DNA from: an uncultured Gemmatimonadota bacterium
Lineage (GTDB): Bacteria; Blakebacterota; Blakebacteria; Blakebacterales; Blakebacteraceae
DNA: 64,000 nucleotides
NCBI GenBank assembly: GCA_964576115.1
Contig: CAZNUA010000015.1
Location: forward strand, 1 to 64,000
Direction: 5' to 3'
Shown: one piece after another, positions 1-8,736 of the stretch
Layout: the number at the start of each line of letters is the position of its first letter
How positions within the stretch are numbered: position 1 is the first letter of the stretch
Notes under the pieces: model-generated
What the model saw: the letters and a program-made list of their open reading frames with translations, nothing else
Told to the model about the DNA's origin: nothing
The model's database searches: none
Made by a program: the position numbers and the translations under genes

Positions 1-113
1 ATAGCACCTCATTGGCGGCTTCGTTCAACCCGGGATTTGAGGAATGCGAGCTCGTGATACGTTCTTGCCGCTAATCCAGTCCCTCGCCTCGCTCGACTCC
101 TCAAAATCCTACT

Positions 114-1078
114 GGTTCATCCGGTTTTTCCGTACTTCTGAGATTCCCATACCCGCATGAGGAGTTGAAGATCAGGTAGAAAAGGAGTGGACATCGTGGG
201 ATGCTTCCGTGTGTTCGCAGTTCTCCAACAACGATACACGGAAGGGAATCCCGCCGATGTCCACCTCCTTACTGTACCATGCCTACTACATCAAAGGATA
301 CGATTACGTTCGTACGCACTATGAGGGTGGCAAGATCAGGTTCGTCATCCGACACCGTCGTCAGAGGCTGCGCTGTGCTGTCTGCAACTCACCCAATGTC
401 ATCTGCCGCGGTCAGACAGAACGGACGTTTCGAGCTCCGCCGATACACACGATCATTTGAGCGTTATGCCCTTGAGCTGAGTCGCTGCATGACGATCAAG
501 GATGTGGCCAACCACCTGGGTGTAAGCTGGGACGTGATCAAGGATATCCAGAAGCGCTTTCTGAAGCGTCGTTTCTCCAAACCCAAGCTCTCAAAGTTGC
601 AGTTGATCGCCATCGATGAGATCTCGATCGGACGGGGGCATCGGTATATCACAGTGGTATTGGATCTCAAGAGCGGTGCCGTTGTCTATGTAGGACAAGG
701 GAAGGGAGCAGATGCCCTTGATCCTTTCTGGCGACGCCTGAAACGCTCTCGGGCCAAGGTGGAGGCGGTGGCCATAGATATTCTCCGGCCTACATCTCTG
801 CTGTCTCAGAGAATCTGACCCAGGCGGCCATCGTTTTTGACCACTTCCATATCATCAAGCTCTTCAACGAGAGGCTGTCCAATTTCCGGCGATGGCTCCA
901 AAGCACCCTGACCAAAGAACATCAGGCGGTCTTGAAGGGTATCCGCTGGTTGATCCTGAAGAGGCCTGAAAAACTGGACGATGACAAAGGCGAACTCGAA
1001 CGCCTGGAGAGGGCCCTGCAGCTGAACGAACCACTGGCCATTGCTTACTATATGGGGGATGAGTTGCGCCTGCTCTGG
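114..1078 (+). mobile_element. ISL3-family insertion sequence remnant (left end plus truncated transposase)
   Basis: Begins GGTTCATCCGG at 114, resembling ISL3 termini. Transposase motifs follow; the element is cut at 1078 by an IS21 end. Confidence 0.8.
257..1078 (+). pseudogene. ISL3 transposase pseudogene
   Basis: MSTSLLYHAY..CAVC zinc-finger start (ATG 257); YTRSFERY..HTH..IAIDEISIGRGHRY in a second frame; after a 1-bp loss near 780 (GAT AT TCT CCG GCC TAC, expected DMSPAY) a third frame gives VFDHFHIIKL..LKGIRWLILK. An internal deletion is apparent near 445. Confidence 0.9.
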
Positions 1079-1390
1079 TGTCAAGGGACGGCAAGTTTTA
1101 CGACCTTAGCGGACGTCTACTTTTACGACCCCCCTGGCTGTAATTTCGCCCTTCCTTCGCCTCTTGCCTGTGATTCTTCTCCTCTCTACGCGCCCTTCAA
1201 GATCCGATCCAGGTCGCGGAGCCGGTATGAGCGCCCCTTGATGTTGAGCACATGGCACTTGTGGAGCAACCTGTCCAGCAGTGCCGTTGTCATGATCTCA
1301 TCGCCGGCCAGGACCTCCAGCCAGTCTTTGACCGCTTTGTTGGTTGTGATCATGATACTGCCCCGCTGGTAGCGGTAGCTGATCAGGCGG
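1079..1390 (-). mobile_element. IS21-family right-end remnant
   Basis: Terminal TGTCAA at 1079 followed by two 20-bp imperfect direct repeats GGACG-N5-TTTTACGACC (1086-1105, 1111-1130), typical of IS21 ends, downstream of an istB fragment. Confidence 0.85.
1186..1389 (-). pseudogene. istB: IstB helper ATPase, C-terminal fragment
   Basis: Manual minus-strand translation: RLISYRYQRGSIMITTNKAVKDWLEVLAGDEIMTTALLDRLLHKCHVLNIKGRSYRLRDLDRILKGA*. Not in the ORF track. Confidence 0.9.
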
Positions 1391-1536
1391 ACCTCGACTT
1401 GTCCAGCTCACCGACCAGGCCCGGCACCCGATCGAGGAAGAGAGCCCGGGCGAACCGTAAGGGACCGGAACATGACATAGACGAAGTTCCTGCCGAAACT
1501 TTCACTGCACCCGAGACGTATCAATATATACCTATG

Positions 1537-1554
1537 TCACCTATGCGTAGGTGA
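1537..1554. promoter_or_regulatory. Palindrome TCACCTA-N4-TAGGTGA, candidate PadR operator
   Basis: Perfect 7-bp inverted repeat about 65 bp upstream of padR, next to an AT-rich stretch. Confidence 0.45.
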
Positions 1555-1618
1555 TCAAGGACAATGATCGATGTATCAGCCTTCGGCATTCCCCGGGGGC
1601 CGAAAGGAGATGTTCTCC

Positions 1619-1951
1619 ATGAGCGGCAGCAATCTGTTCACCGGCACGCTCGACATCCTGATCCTGCGGGCGGTTCAGGTGGGACCGCTGCACGGCTATG
1701 CCATCGGTCAGTGGATCAAACGGCAGAGCCGTGATGAACTCCAGATCGAGGAGGGCGTACTCTACCCGGCTCTGCACAGACTGGCGCGCCGGGGATTACT
1801 GGCCGCCAAGTGGGGCCGGACCGATACCGGCCGCCGGGCCAGGTTCTATGCCCTGACACCGACCGGCAAAGAAATCCTGGCCCAGGAGCGGGCCCGCTGG
1901 ACCAGGCATGTGGAAGCCGTGAACGCCGCCCTCGACAGTCCGGAGGTGTGA
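1619..1951 (+). CDS. padR: PadR-family transcriptional regulator (acidobacterial type)
   Basis: GTLDILIL..PLHGYAI..EEGVLYPALHRL..GRRARFYALT; RBS AAGGAG at 1604-1609 (alternative start 1610). Confidence 0.92.
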   Translation: MSGSNLFTGTLDILILRAVQVGPLHGYAIGQWIKRQSRDELQIEEGVLYPALHRLARRGLLAAKWGRTDTGRRARFYALTPTGKEILAQERARWTRHVEAVNAALDSPEV

Positions 1952-1957
1952 CGCTCC

Positions 1958-4594
1958 ATGTCCGCCTTTCACTTCATCCGCGATGTCTTCCGCATCACCG
2001 AGTTCCGGCCCGACGCCCGTCGCGACATCAGGGATGAGATCGATTTCCATCTCGACATGGCCGCGGCCGATATCGTTCAGAGCGGATGCGAACAGGATCA
2101 AGCCAGAAGACTGGCTCGAAAGCAGCTCGGCGACCGGAGCCGCATCGAATCGGAATGCGAACAGATAGATACCCTCGACCTCGCCCGGCGTCGTAGGCTC
2201 GACATGAAAGACACTCTCGCGCGGGAAATCCGCACCGCCGTACGTTCATTTCTCTCCCGGCCTTTCTGGAGCGGGATCATCATCCTCATGATGGCTCTCG
2301 GGATCGCCGGGAACACCGCTGTCTTCAGCCTGATCAACGGGCTCTTCATCACCCCCCTGCCCTACCCGGAAGCCGAACGTCTGGTCGACCTGAACGAAAC
2401 CGCCCCGGCCTGGGAAATTGACCGGCTCCAGATCACCTATCCCGATTTCGTCGCCTGGCGGGAGAATAGCCGGACCTTCGAGAGCATGGGCGTGTACCAC
2501 AACTGGTTCGTCACCCTCCTGACCGGGGATGAGGCCTCCCAGCTGCAGGCCCTGAAGACCAGCTGGGACCTGGCCCGGACACTACAGGTCGTTCCGCTGG
2601 CCGGGCGACTTTTCGGCCCCGAGGACGACCGCCAGGGGGCACCAAGGGTCGTGCTGCTGCTCGAAGAATTCTGGACCAGTCGCTTCGGACGCGATCCCGA
2701 CATGATCGGCCGAACCCTGATTCTGGACGATGAGCCCGTCGAGGTGATAGGCATTCTGCCCTCTGAAGCCGCTCCGACCGCCAAGGGAGCACTCTGGCTT
2801 CCCCTGCGGGCAGATCCGACCGACCGGGATGCCTATTTCATGTCCGGAATAGGTCGCCTGCGGGCCGGCGACACTCCCGAACAGGCCGGGGAGGATCTGC
2901 AGGCCATTCAGCAGGGATTGATCGATTCAGGCATTGCCGACCCCGAGGTCATGCCCGTTCTCTCCGATCTGCGCGAAACGATGATCGGGAACCTGAGCAC
3001 GGCCGTATTGCTGGTCTGGATCGCGGTCGGGGTGCTGCTGCTCATCGCCTGTGCCAACATCGCCAGCCTCATGCTGGCCCGAGCCTTTGCCCGCAGCCGC
3101 GAATTCGCCATCAGGACCGTGTTGGGAGCGGGTCGGGGAGCGATCCTGAGGCAATTGACGGTCGAAGCCCTCATCCTTTCGCTGTGCGGAGGAACTGTCG
3201 GCGTGCTGCTGGGGATCGCGGTCGTGCGGAGCATGACCGGCATGTTCGAATTCGGACTGCCCGTCTGGATCACTTTCGGAGTGGATCTGCGCGTCATCCT
3301 GTTCTGTCTGTTGTGCTGCACCGCAGCCGCCTTCGTCTTCGGCCTGGCACCGGCTCTTCAGCTCTCCCGACGCAGCAGGACCGGGATCGTGGCCGGTGAC
3401 ACCGCTCGCTCGACCTCCGGCCTGAGACGTCGCTTCCTGCTGAAGGGATTCGTAGTAGCGGAAGTGGCCCTGACGCTGGTGATGATGGTCACGACCGTTC
3501 TGCTCCTGCAGACCTTCCTGAAGATCAACCGGGTCGAGCCCGGATTCGGTCCCGAGGGCGTGCTCACATTCTCCCTCGCCCTGCCGGCGAACGGATCGGT
3601 AAGCCGGCCGGAGATGCCCTCTTTCTTCACCACGGTCAGCGAAAGACTGGAAACGATTCCCGGAGTCGAGCGGGCTGCGGCCGGATATCCGCTCCCCCTG
3701 GGCGGGCATATGGGCTTCTTCTTCGTCGCCGAGAACTCCCCTCTCAGCGAGTCCGGCGAAAAACCCCCGGTCAGCGTCGGCCGGATGGTCACTCCCGGGT
3801 ATGCCGACGCCCTGGGCCTGCACCTGCTCTCCGGTCGTTTCCTGCAGGAGAATGAAAGCGTTCCGACGATCGTCGTGAACGAGAGCTTCGCCCGGTTCTA
3901 CTGGGGTGAGGAGGATCCGGTCGGCCGCCGCGTCCGTTACCAGGGCGCTGAATGGTGGTTCGACGTCGTCGGACTGGTCAGGGACGTCAAACACAAGGGC
4001 CTCGACCAGGAGATGATCCCCGGTGTCTACCTGCCGCTGGCCGCCTTCCCGATGGAGTTCATGGATTTCGCAGTGAGAACCGCCGGCGATCCGCTCTCCC
4101 TGGTAGACGGCGTGCGGGCGGCGATAGCCGACCTCGATTCCCGGTTGCCGGTAGCCAACATCTCGACCATGCAGGAGAAGTTCGACGATTCCCTCGCCTT
4201 CCGCCGGGCCTATTCCACGCTGGTCGGTGTTTTCACGTTCATGAGCCTGCTGCTGGCCCTCGGCGGAGTCTACGGAGTCATCTCGCATTCTGTCGGTCTG
4301 CGTACCCGGGAGATCGGCGTCAGGATGGCCCTGGGAGCCCGCCGTCCGCAGATGATCGGAATGATCCTCGGTGAAGGTATCCGCCTGGTCGCGGTCGGCT
4401 CACTGCTCGGTCTCGGACTGAGCCAGGCCGCTTCGGGTCTGCTCTCCCGGCTCCTCTTCGAGGTCGAAGCCATGAACCCGCCGACTCTGATCGGCGCCGT
4501 CACCGCGCTCGCGGTCGTCGCCCTGGGAGCCAACCTGCTCCCGGCCCGCCGGGCGGCCCGGATTCATCCGGTCATCGCCCTCAGAGAGGAGTGA
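1958..4594 (+). CDS. ADOP-type duplicated ABC permease (MacB/FtsX-like) with permease-prefix domain
   Basis: DEIDFHL prefix, LLIACANIASL, RTREIGVRMALGA, C-terminal ALREE; directly after padR. Confidence 0.93.
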   Translation: MSAFHFIRDVFRITEFRPDARRDIRDEIDFHLDMAAADIVQSGCEQDQARRLARKQLGDRSRIESECEQIDTLDLARRRRLDMKDTLAREIRTAVRSFLSRPFWSGIIILMMALGIAGNTAVFSLINGLFITPLPYPEAERLVDLNETAPAWEIDRLQITYPDFVAWRENSRTFESMGVYHNWFVTLLTGDEASQLQALKTSWDLARTLQVVPLAGRLFGPEDDRQGAPRVVLLLEEFWTSRFGRDPDMIGRTLILDDEPVEVIGILPSEAAPTAKGALWLPLRADPTDRDAYFMSGIGRLRAGDTPEQAGEDLQAIQQGLIDSGIADPEVMPVLSDLRETMIGNLSTAVLLVWIAVGVLLLIACANIASLMLARAFARSREFAIRTVLGAGRGAILRQLTVEALILSLCGGTVGVLLGIAVVRSMTGMFEFGLPVWITFGVDLRVILFCLLCCTAAAFVFGLAPALQLSRRSRTGIVAGDTARSTSGLRRRFLLKGFVVAEVALTLVMMVTTVLLLQTFLKINRVEPGFGPEGVLTFSLALPANGSVSRPEMPSFFTTVSERLETIPGVERAAAGYPLPLGGHMGFFFVAENSPLSESGEKPPVSVGRMVTPGYADALGLHLLSGRFLQENESVPTIVVNESFARFYWGEEDPVGRRVRYQGAEWWFDVVGLVRDVKHKGLDQEMIPGVYLPLAAFPMEFMDFAVRTAGDPLSLVDGVRAAIADLDSRLPVANISTMQEKFDDSLAFRRAYSTLVGVFTFMSLLLALGGVYGVISHSVGLRTREIGVRMALGARRPQMIGMILGEGIRLVAVGSLLGLGLSQAASGLLSRLLFEVEAMNPPTLIGAVTALAVVALGANLLPARRAARIHPVIALREE

Positions 4595-4602
4595 CAGCGG
4601 CC

Positions 4603-4647
4603 TCAGAACCCCAGGGCATAGCCCAGCTTGGTGAACACCCTCCGGTC
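4603..4647 (-). repeat. 45-bp copy of the 3' end of the DUF5916 gene (copy 1 of a direct repeat)
   Basis: 42/45 identical to 6319-6363; the minus strand reads DRRVFTKLGYALGF*. Confidence 0.95.
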
Positions 4648-4669
4648 TACCCGAATATCCAGCACGAGC

Positions 4670-4729
4670 TTGACTTCCTCTCTTCGGAACAATATAACTT
4701 TATATAGATAAACTTTATTTGAATAAAGT
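4670..4729 (+). promoter_or_regulatory. Sigma70-like promoter and palindromic operator of the ATPase gene
   Basis: TTGACT(4670-4675)-17 bp-TATAAC(4693-4698); ACTTTATT-TG-AATAAAGT inverted repeat at 4712-4729. Confidence 0.7.
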
Positions 4730-4745
4730 ATGGAGAGGGGTCGTT

Positions 4746-6316
4746 ATGAAGAAACCCGCCGATATCCTGGATCGGGACCGGGAGTGGAACCGGCTCGTGG
4801 AACTCTGGAAAGCCGACCAGTCGCAGCTTATCCTGATGGTGGGACGCCGGCGCGTCGGCAAGAGCTGGATTCTGCAACGCTTCGCACATGCTGCAAGAGG
4901 GATCTACTTCCAGGCTACCCGCGGAACCCGTGGTGAACAGCTCGGTCGTCTGACACGCGTCGCCGGTCATTTCTTCGACGATCCCGCTCTGAAACAGGGA
5001 GCAGAGTTGAACGGTTGGGAAGGTCTCTTCGAGTACGTGACGGAAAAGGCGGCCGAAAAGCCATTCCTTCTCATCCTCGATGAGTTCCCCTATCTGGCTT
5101 CTGAAGATCCCGGGCTGACATCCATCCTCCAGTCCATGTGGGACCAGCGGTGGAAGGAGGGGGGTTCCTGCAATCTGATTCTCTGTGGCAGCCACATTAN
5201 NNNNNNNNNNNNNNNNNNNNNNNNNNNNNNNNNNNNNNNNNNNNNNNNNNNNNNNNNNNNNNNNNNNNNNNNNNNNNNNNNNNNNNNNNNNNNNNNNNNC
5301 AGCGGTGGAAGGAGGGGGGTTCCTGCAATCTGATTCTCTGTGGCAGCCACATTACATTCATGCAGCAACTCGAAAGACAGGACCAGCCGCTGCATGGACG
5401 CCGGACAGCTCGCCTGCAGGTACTGCCTTTCACCTATCGCGAAATTCCCGCCTTCGTTCCCGACTACTGCCGGCGCGATCACATGCGCACCTATGGGATC
5501 TTCGGCGGTCTGCCGGGTCATCTGGATGACCTCGATCCCGGACGAAATCTGGGTGAAAACGTTGCTGCACTGATCCTGGATCCCTCAAGCCGACTCCACG
5601 ACGAAGCCCTCCACGTGCTGGACAGTTTCGGCCGGGAAGCGGATGTTCCCTACTCAACCCTGTTCGCGATCGCGATGGGAGCCCATACGTGGGGGGAGAT
5701 CAAGCGCCGCGTCGATCGGTCCGAAGGCGCCCTGTGGCCGGTCATCGAATGGCTCCAGGAAATGGAACTGGCAGGTCGTGAGGTACCGGTGACAAGGGAT
5801 CGGGTATCGAAATCAAAAGTCTCGCTCTATCGGCTGACGGACCCCTATCTGCGTTTCTGGTACCGGTTCATCCAGCCCCTGTATTCAAGTGGGTCAGCCG
5901 GGCTCGTCGAACCCGTCGATCTCTGGGAAAAATCGATCGAACCGGGGCTGGATGACTACATGGGCGCTCTTTTCGAGGACATTTGCAGAGACAGCATCCG
6001 GACCGGACTCTCTCTGCCTTTCACACCGCTTCGGGTCGGCCGATGGTGGACGCGGGACGGTCGACACGAGGTGGATGTCGTCGTCCGGGGGATGAATGAC
6101 GAACTCTTCGTCGGGGAGTGCAAGTGGGGTGGCGTTTCCGCAGCCGACATGAACACTCTGAGAGAGCGCGGACAGCTAATCGCCAGTGAACTCCCAAACG
6201 TATCCCGGATCTACTACGGTCTCTTTTCGGCGGCGGACCGTCAGGATCCGATCGTCCGTCAAGCGGTGGACGGGAGAGACATGCTCTCCTTCGGCCCCGA
6301 CGCACTCTACACGTGA
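4746..6316 (+). CDS. Archaeal-type AAA ATPase with wHTH and C-terminal PD-(D/E)XK-like (DUF234) domain
   Basis: Walker A GRRRVGKS, Walker B LILDEF, DPYLRFWYRF, GRWW..EVDVV..GECKW. Removing the 100 N and one 55-bp overlap copy gives a single 471-aa ORF. Confidence 0.9.
5200..5299. other. Scaffold gap (100 N) between overlapping contig ends
   Basis: 5145-5199 is identical to 5300-5354 (55 bp). Confidence 0.95.
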
Positions 6317-6318
6317 GT

Positions 6319-8700
6319 TCAGAACCCCAGGGCATATCCCAGCTTGGTGAAGACCGTCCGGTCCGCCCGCGTCAGGCTGTACTGCTCGCTGCCGTAGCCG
6401 TTATCGCTGTAGCCCAGGTAGAAGACCGTGCGGGGATTGATGGTGTAGCTGAAGAGCAGCTGGGTGAAGAGGTGCCGGTACTCGGGTGCGATAGCGAAGG
6501 TGTAGAGTGCGGTGTTCCGGTCATACGCCACGTACTGGACGATCGCCCGCAGGAAGGTACGGACGGTGAACTGATAGACCGTCCGCAGGTTCGTGACGCC
6601 GGCCGTATAGAGCTCGCCGCCCGGGATGGTGAGCTTCTCATGCATATGACTTGCCGAGAGGTGCAGGTGCTCACCGGGATTCCACAGCAGTGAGGGGGCA
6701 ATCATGATCCCATCGGCCGGGCGGTTGTTGGCGTAGTCGATCCGGTCCCCTGCAGCAATCGAGAGACCCAGACGCAGATCGGCGTGGGGCCGGAAACCGC
6801 CGCCGAGGTAGTACTCCGTCAGACTGTACTCCGAACCGCCGTACGCCTCTTCGCTCCGGTTGACTCGCACCATCAGATTCGACTGTAACGGTCCGACATA
6901 CAAACCCCAGATCTGGCCGCCCCGTTCGAGCCACTGCCCCGATCCCTTTTCGTAGTAATTGAACTCTCCTCCCAACCGGAAGAGCGACCACCAGTCGCCC
7001 GGTTCGGGATTCCACGACCAGTTCACCCCCCCTTCGACATTCCGGAATCCGACCCGCGGGATGAAACCCAGGTCGGCCCGGAAATCGTCGCTGACATGGT
7101 CGAAATCGAGCCACCAGCCGGCGGTGCGGGTGGTGTGATCGTATTCGAGCGCCAGGTAGTGACCGGTGAAGGTATCGCCCGGCTGATCGAAGCCGGTGTC
7201 GATCGAGTCGGGATAGCCGGTACGCGAACCGAGCACCTGGAGCTGGATCTGATCTGAACGGGAGATGCGAACATCGGTGTCCAGACCCACGACCTGGTTC
7301 GAATACCCGGCGGCCTGACGGTGAGTGGCGAGCGCCCCGATCGTATGACGGGGTCCCAGATCACGCCGGTACCGCAGGACTCCGGCGGTGGATTCGGTGG
7401 CAAGAGAAGTAGATCTCGAGTTCTCGGGGCCGGGGAAGATGAGGTTGGTCAGGTTGTCGCGGACGACGTATCCCCCGATGGTGTTGTCACCCACCTTGCC
7501 TGTTAGTTTCAAACCCCACTCGGGATCGCGCATGGTGCGGGTGTAGACGGCATCCTTGAGGGTGTCGAAGAAGTCGTACCCCTCTATAAAGAATGGACGC
7601 TGTTCCCGGTAGTAGAGCGCGAAGGGCTGGTTGATGTCCAGCTGCATGGCGTCGGCTTCGACCTGACTGAAATCGGGATTCAGAGTGGCGTTGAGGGTCA
7701 TGTTGGGAGTGATCCCCCACCCCGCCGTGAGGCCGACCTCGGCGTCCTGGTGGGCACGGTCGAACTCACCGTCGGGCATCGAGGCGCGCTCGTCGGTCCG
7801 CACACCGGTCACGGTCGGGTAGAGCTCGATATTGCGCCCCGGCGAAACCCCGGCAAAGCCCTCGATCTTCAGCGCCTGGCTCAGATAGATATTGTTGCTC
7901 CGATCGCGCGGGAAAGCCCCGATCAGGTGATTCCGGCTGCGGGGGTAAAAGCGGACGGCGTCGAAGCCCCAGATCTGGCTGCCGGTCGAACGTTGAAAGC
8001 GCAGTTGTGTGAAGGGGATCGCCAGCTCGACGGTATATCCCCACGCCGTGGTTCGACCGGCTGAATTCCAGATCGCGTCCCAGCTCCAGTCACGCGGATT
8101 GTCGCCCCCCGATTCGGCTTCGATCATATCGCCCTGCACCCCCAGCGGATTGACGAGCAGGGTGTAGCACCGTCGCTCATCATTGAAGGTGTCGAGCACG
8201 ATCGAGACATAGTCGTCTCCCTCCAGGATGTCCCGATCGGAGAGATGCGCCCGGATCGCCCCGGGATCGGGATCGTGACACCGGAAAGCGGCATAGAGAT
8301 GGCTCCCGGAATGGATCAGCAGGACCTCGGTCCGCACCGGGGCCGGCACGTTTTCACCCGGCGAGACCTCCACCTCGAGGCTCAGGACCAGCGCCGAGGA
8401 CCAGACGGCCTCGTCGAGCTCGCCGTCGATTCTGAGACGTTCGTCGGTCCGGGGAATCTGAAGGGGAGCTGCGGTCGTGCCCGGGGTGCGAAACGAAGCG
8501 CGGTCGGTCTGGGCCCCGACCGGGACCGGTGAAACCGGCGGGAGCACAAAGACCGGAAGGAGAACGGTCACGATCAAAGCGGGAAGCGGGATCCGTGCGA
8601 TCCGCGAGTTCTGAATAATCCGCATGATCCGCAGGCGCATCACATTCGAAAAATTTTTTTCATTCCAGTCTGGTCTGATCATGGTTCCGGATCTCCTCAT
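6319..8700 (-). CDS. Carbohydrate-binding family 9-like / DUF5916 outer-membrane protein
   Basis: IDGELDEAVW, LDTFND, ELAIPF..LRF, NPDFSQVEAD, E.RPFF.EG motifs; C-terminal Phe; signal peptide. True start may be 8625-8682. Confidence 0.85.
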   Translation of the reverse strand: MRRSGTMIRPDWNEKNFSNVMRLRIMRIIQNSRIARIPLPALIVTVLLPVFVLPPVSPVPVGAQTDRASFRTPGTTAAPLQIPRTDERLRIDGELDEAVWSSALVLSLEVEVSPGENVPAPVRTEVLLIHSGSHLYAAFRCHDPDPGAIRAHLSDRDILEGDDYVSIVLDTFNDERRCYTLLVNPLGVQGDMIEAESGGDNPRDWSWDAIWNSAGRTTAWGYTVELAIPFTQLRFQRSTGSQIWGFDAVRFYPRSRNHLIGAFPRDRSNNIYLSQALKIEGFAGVSPGRNIELYPTVTGVRTDERASMPDGEFDRAHQDAEVGLTAGWGITPNMTLNATLNPDFSQVEADAMQLDINQPFALYYREQRPFFIEGYDFFDTLKDAVYTRTMRDPEWGLKLTGKVGDNTIGGYVVRDNLTNLIFPGPENSRSTSLATESTAGVLRYRRDLGPRHTIGALATHRQAAGYSNQVVGLDTDVRISRSDQIQLQVLGSRTGYPDSIDTGFDQPGDTFTGHYLALEYDHTTRTAGWWLDFDHVSDDFRADLGFIPRVGFRNVEGGVNWSWNPEPGDWWSLFRLGGEFNYYEKGSGQWLERGGQIWGLYVGPLQSNLMVRVNRSEEAYGGSEYSLTEYYLGGGFRPHADLRLGLSIAAGDRIDYANNRPADGIMIAPSLLWNPGEHLHLSASHMHEKLTIPGGELYTAGVTNLRTVYQFTVRTFLRAIVQYVAYDRNTALYTFAIAPEYRHLFTQLLFSYTINPRTVFYLGYSDNGYGSEQYSLTRADRTVFTKLGYALGF

Positions 8701-8736
8701 GACTCGGATATCAGATGGTTGTGTCGGCGGCGGTTG

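Noticed and set aside
1252-1554. Plus-strand 100-aa ORF
   Set aside because: Antisense shadow of the istB fragment.
5145-5354. Apparent 55-bp duplication and frameshift in the ATPase gene
   Set aside because: Identical copies flank exactly 100 N; this is a contig-overlap scaffolding artefact, and merging restores one ORF.
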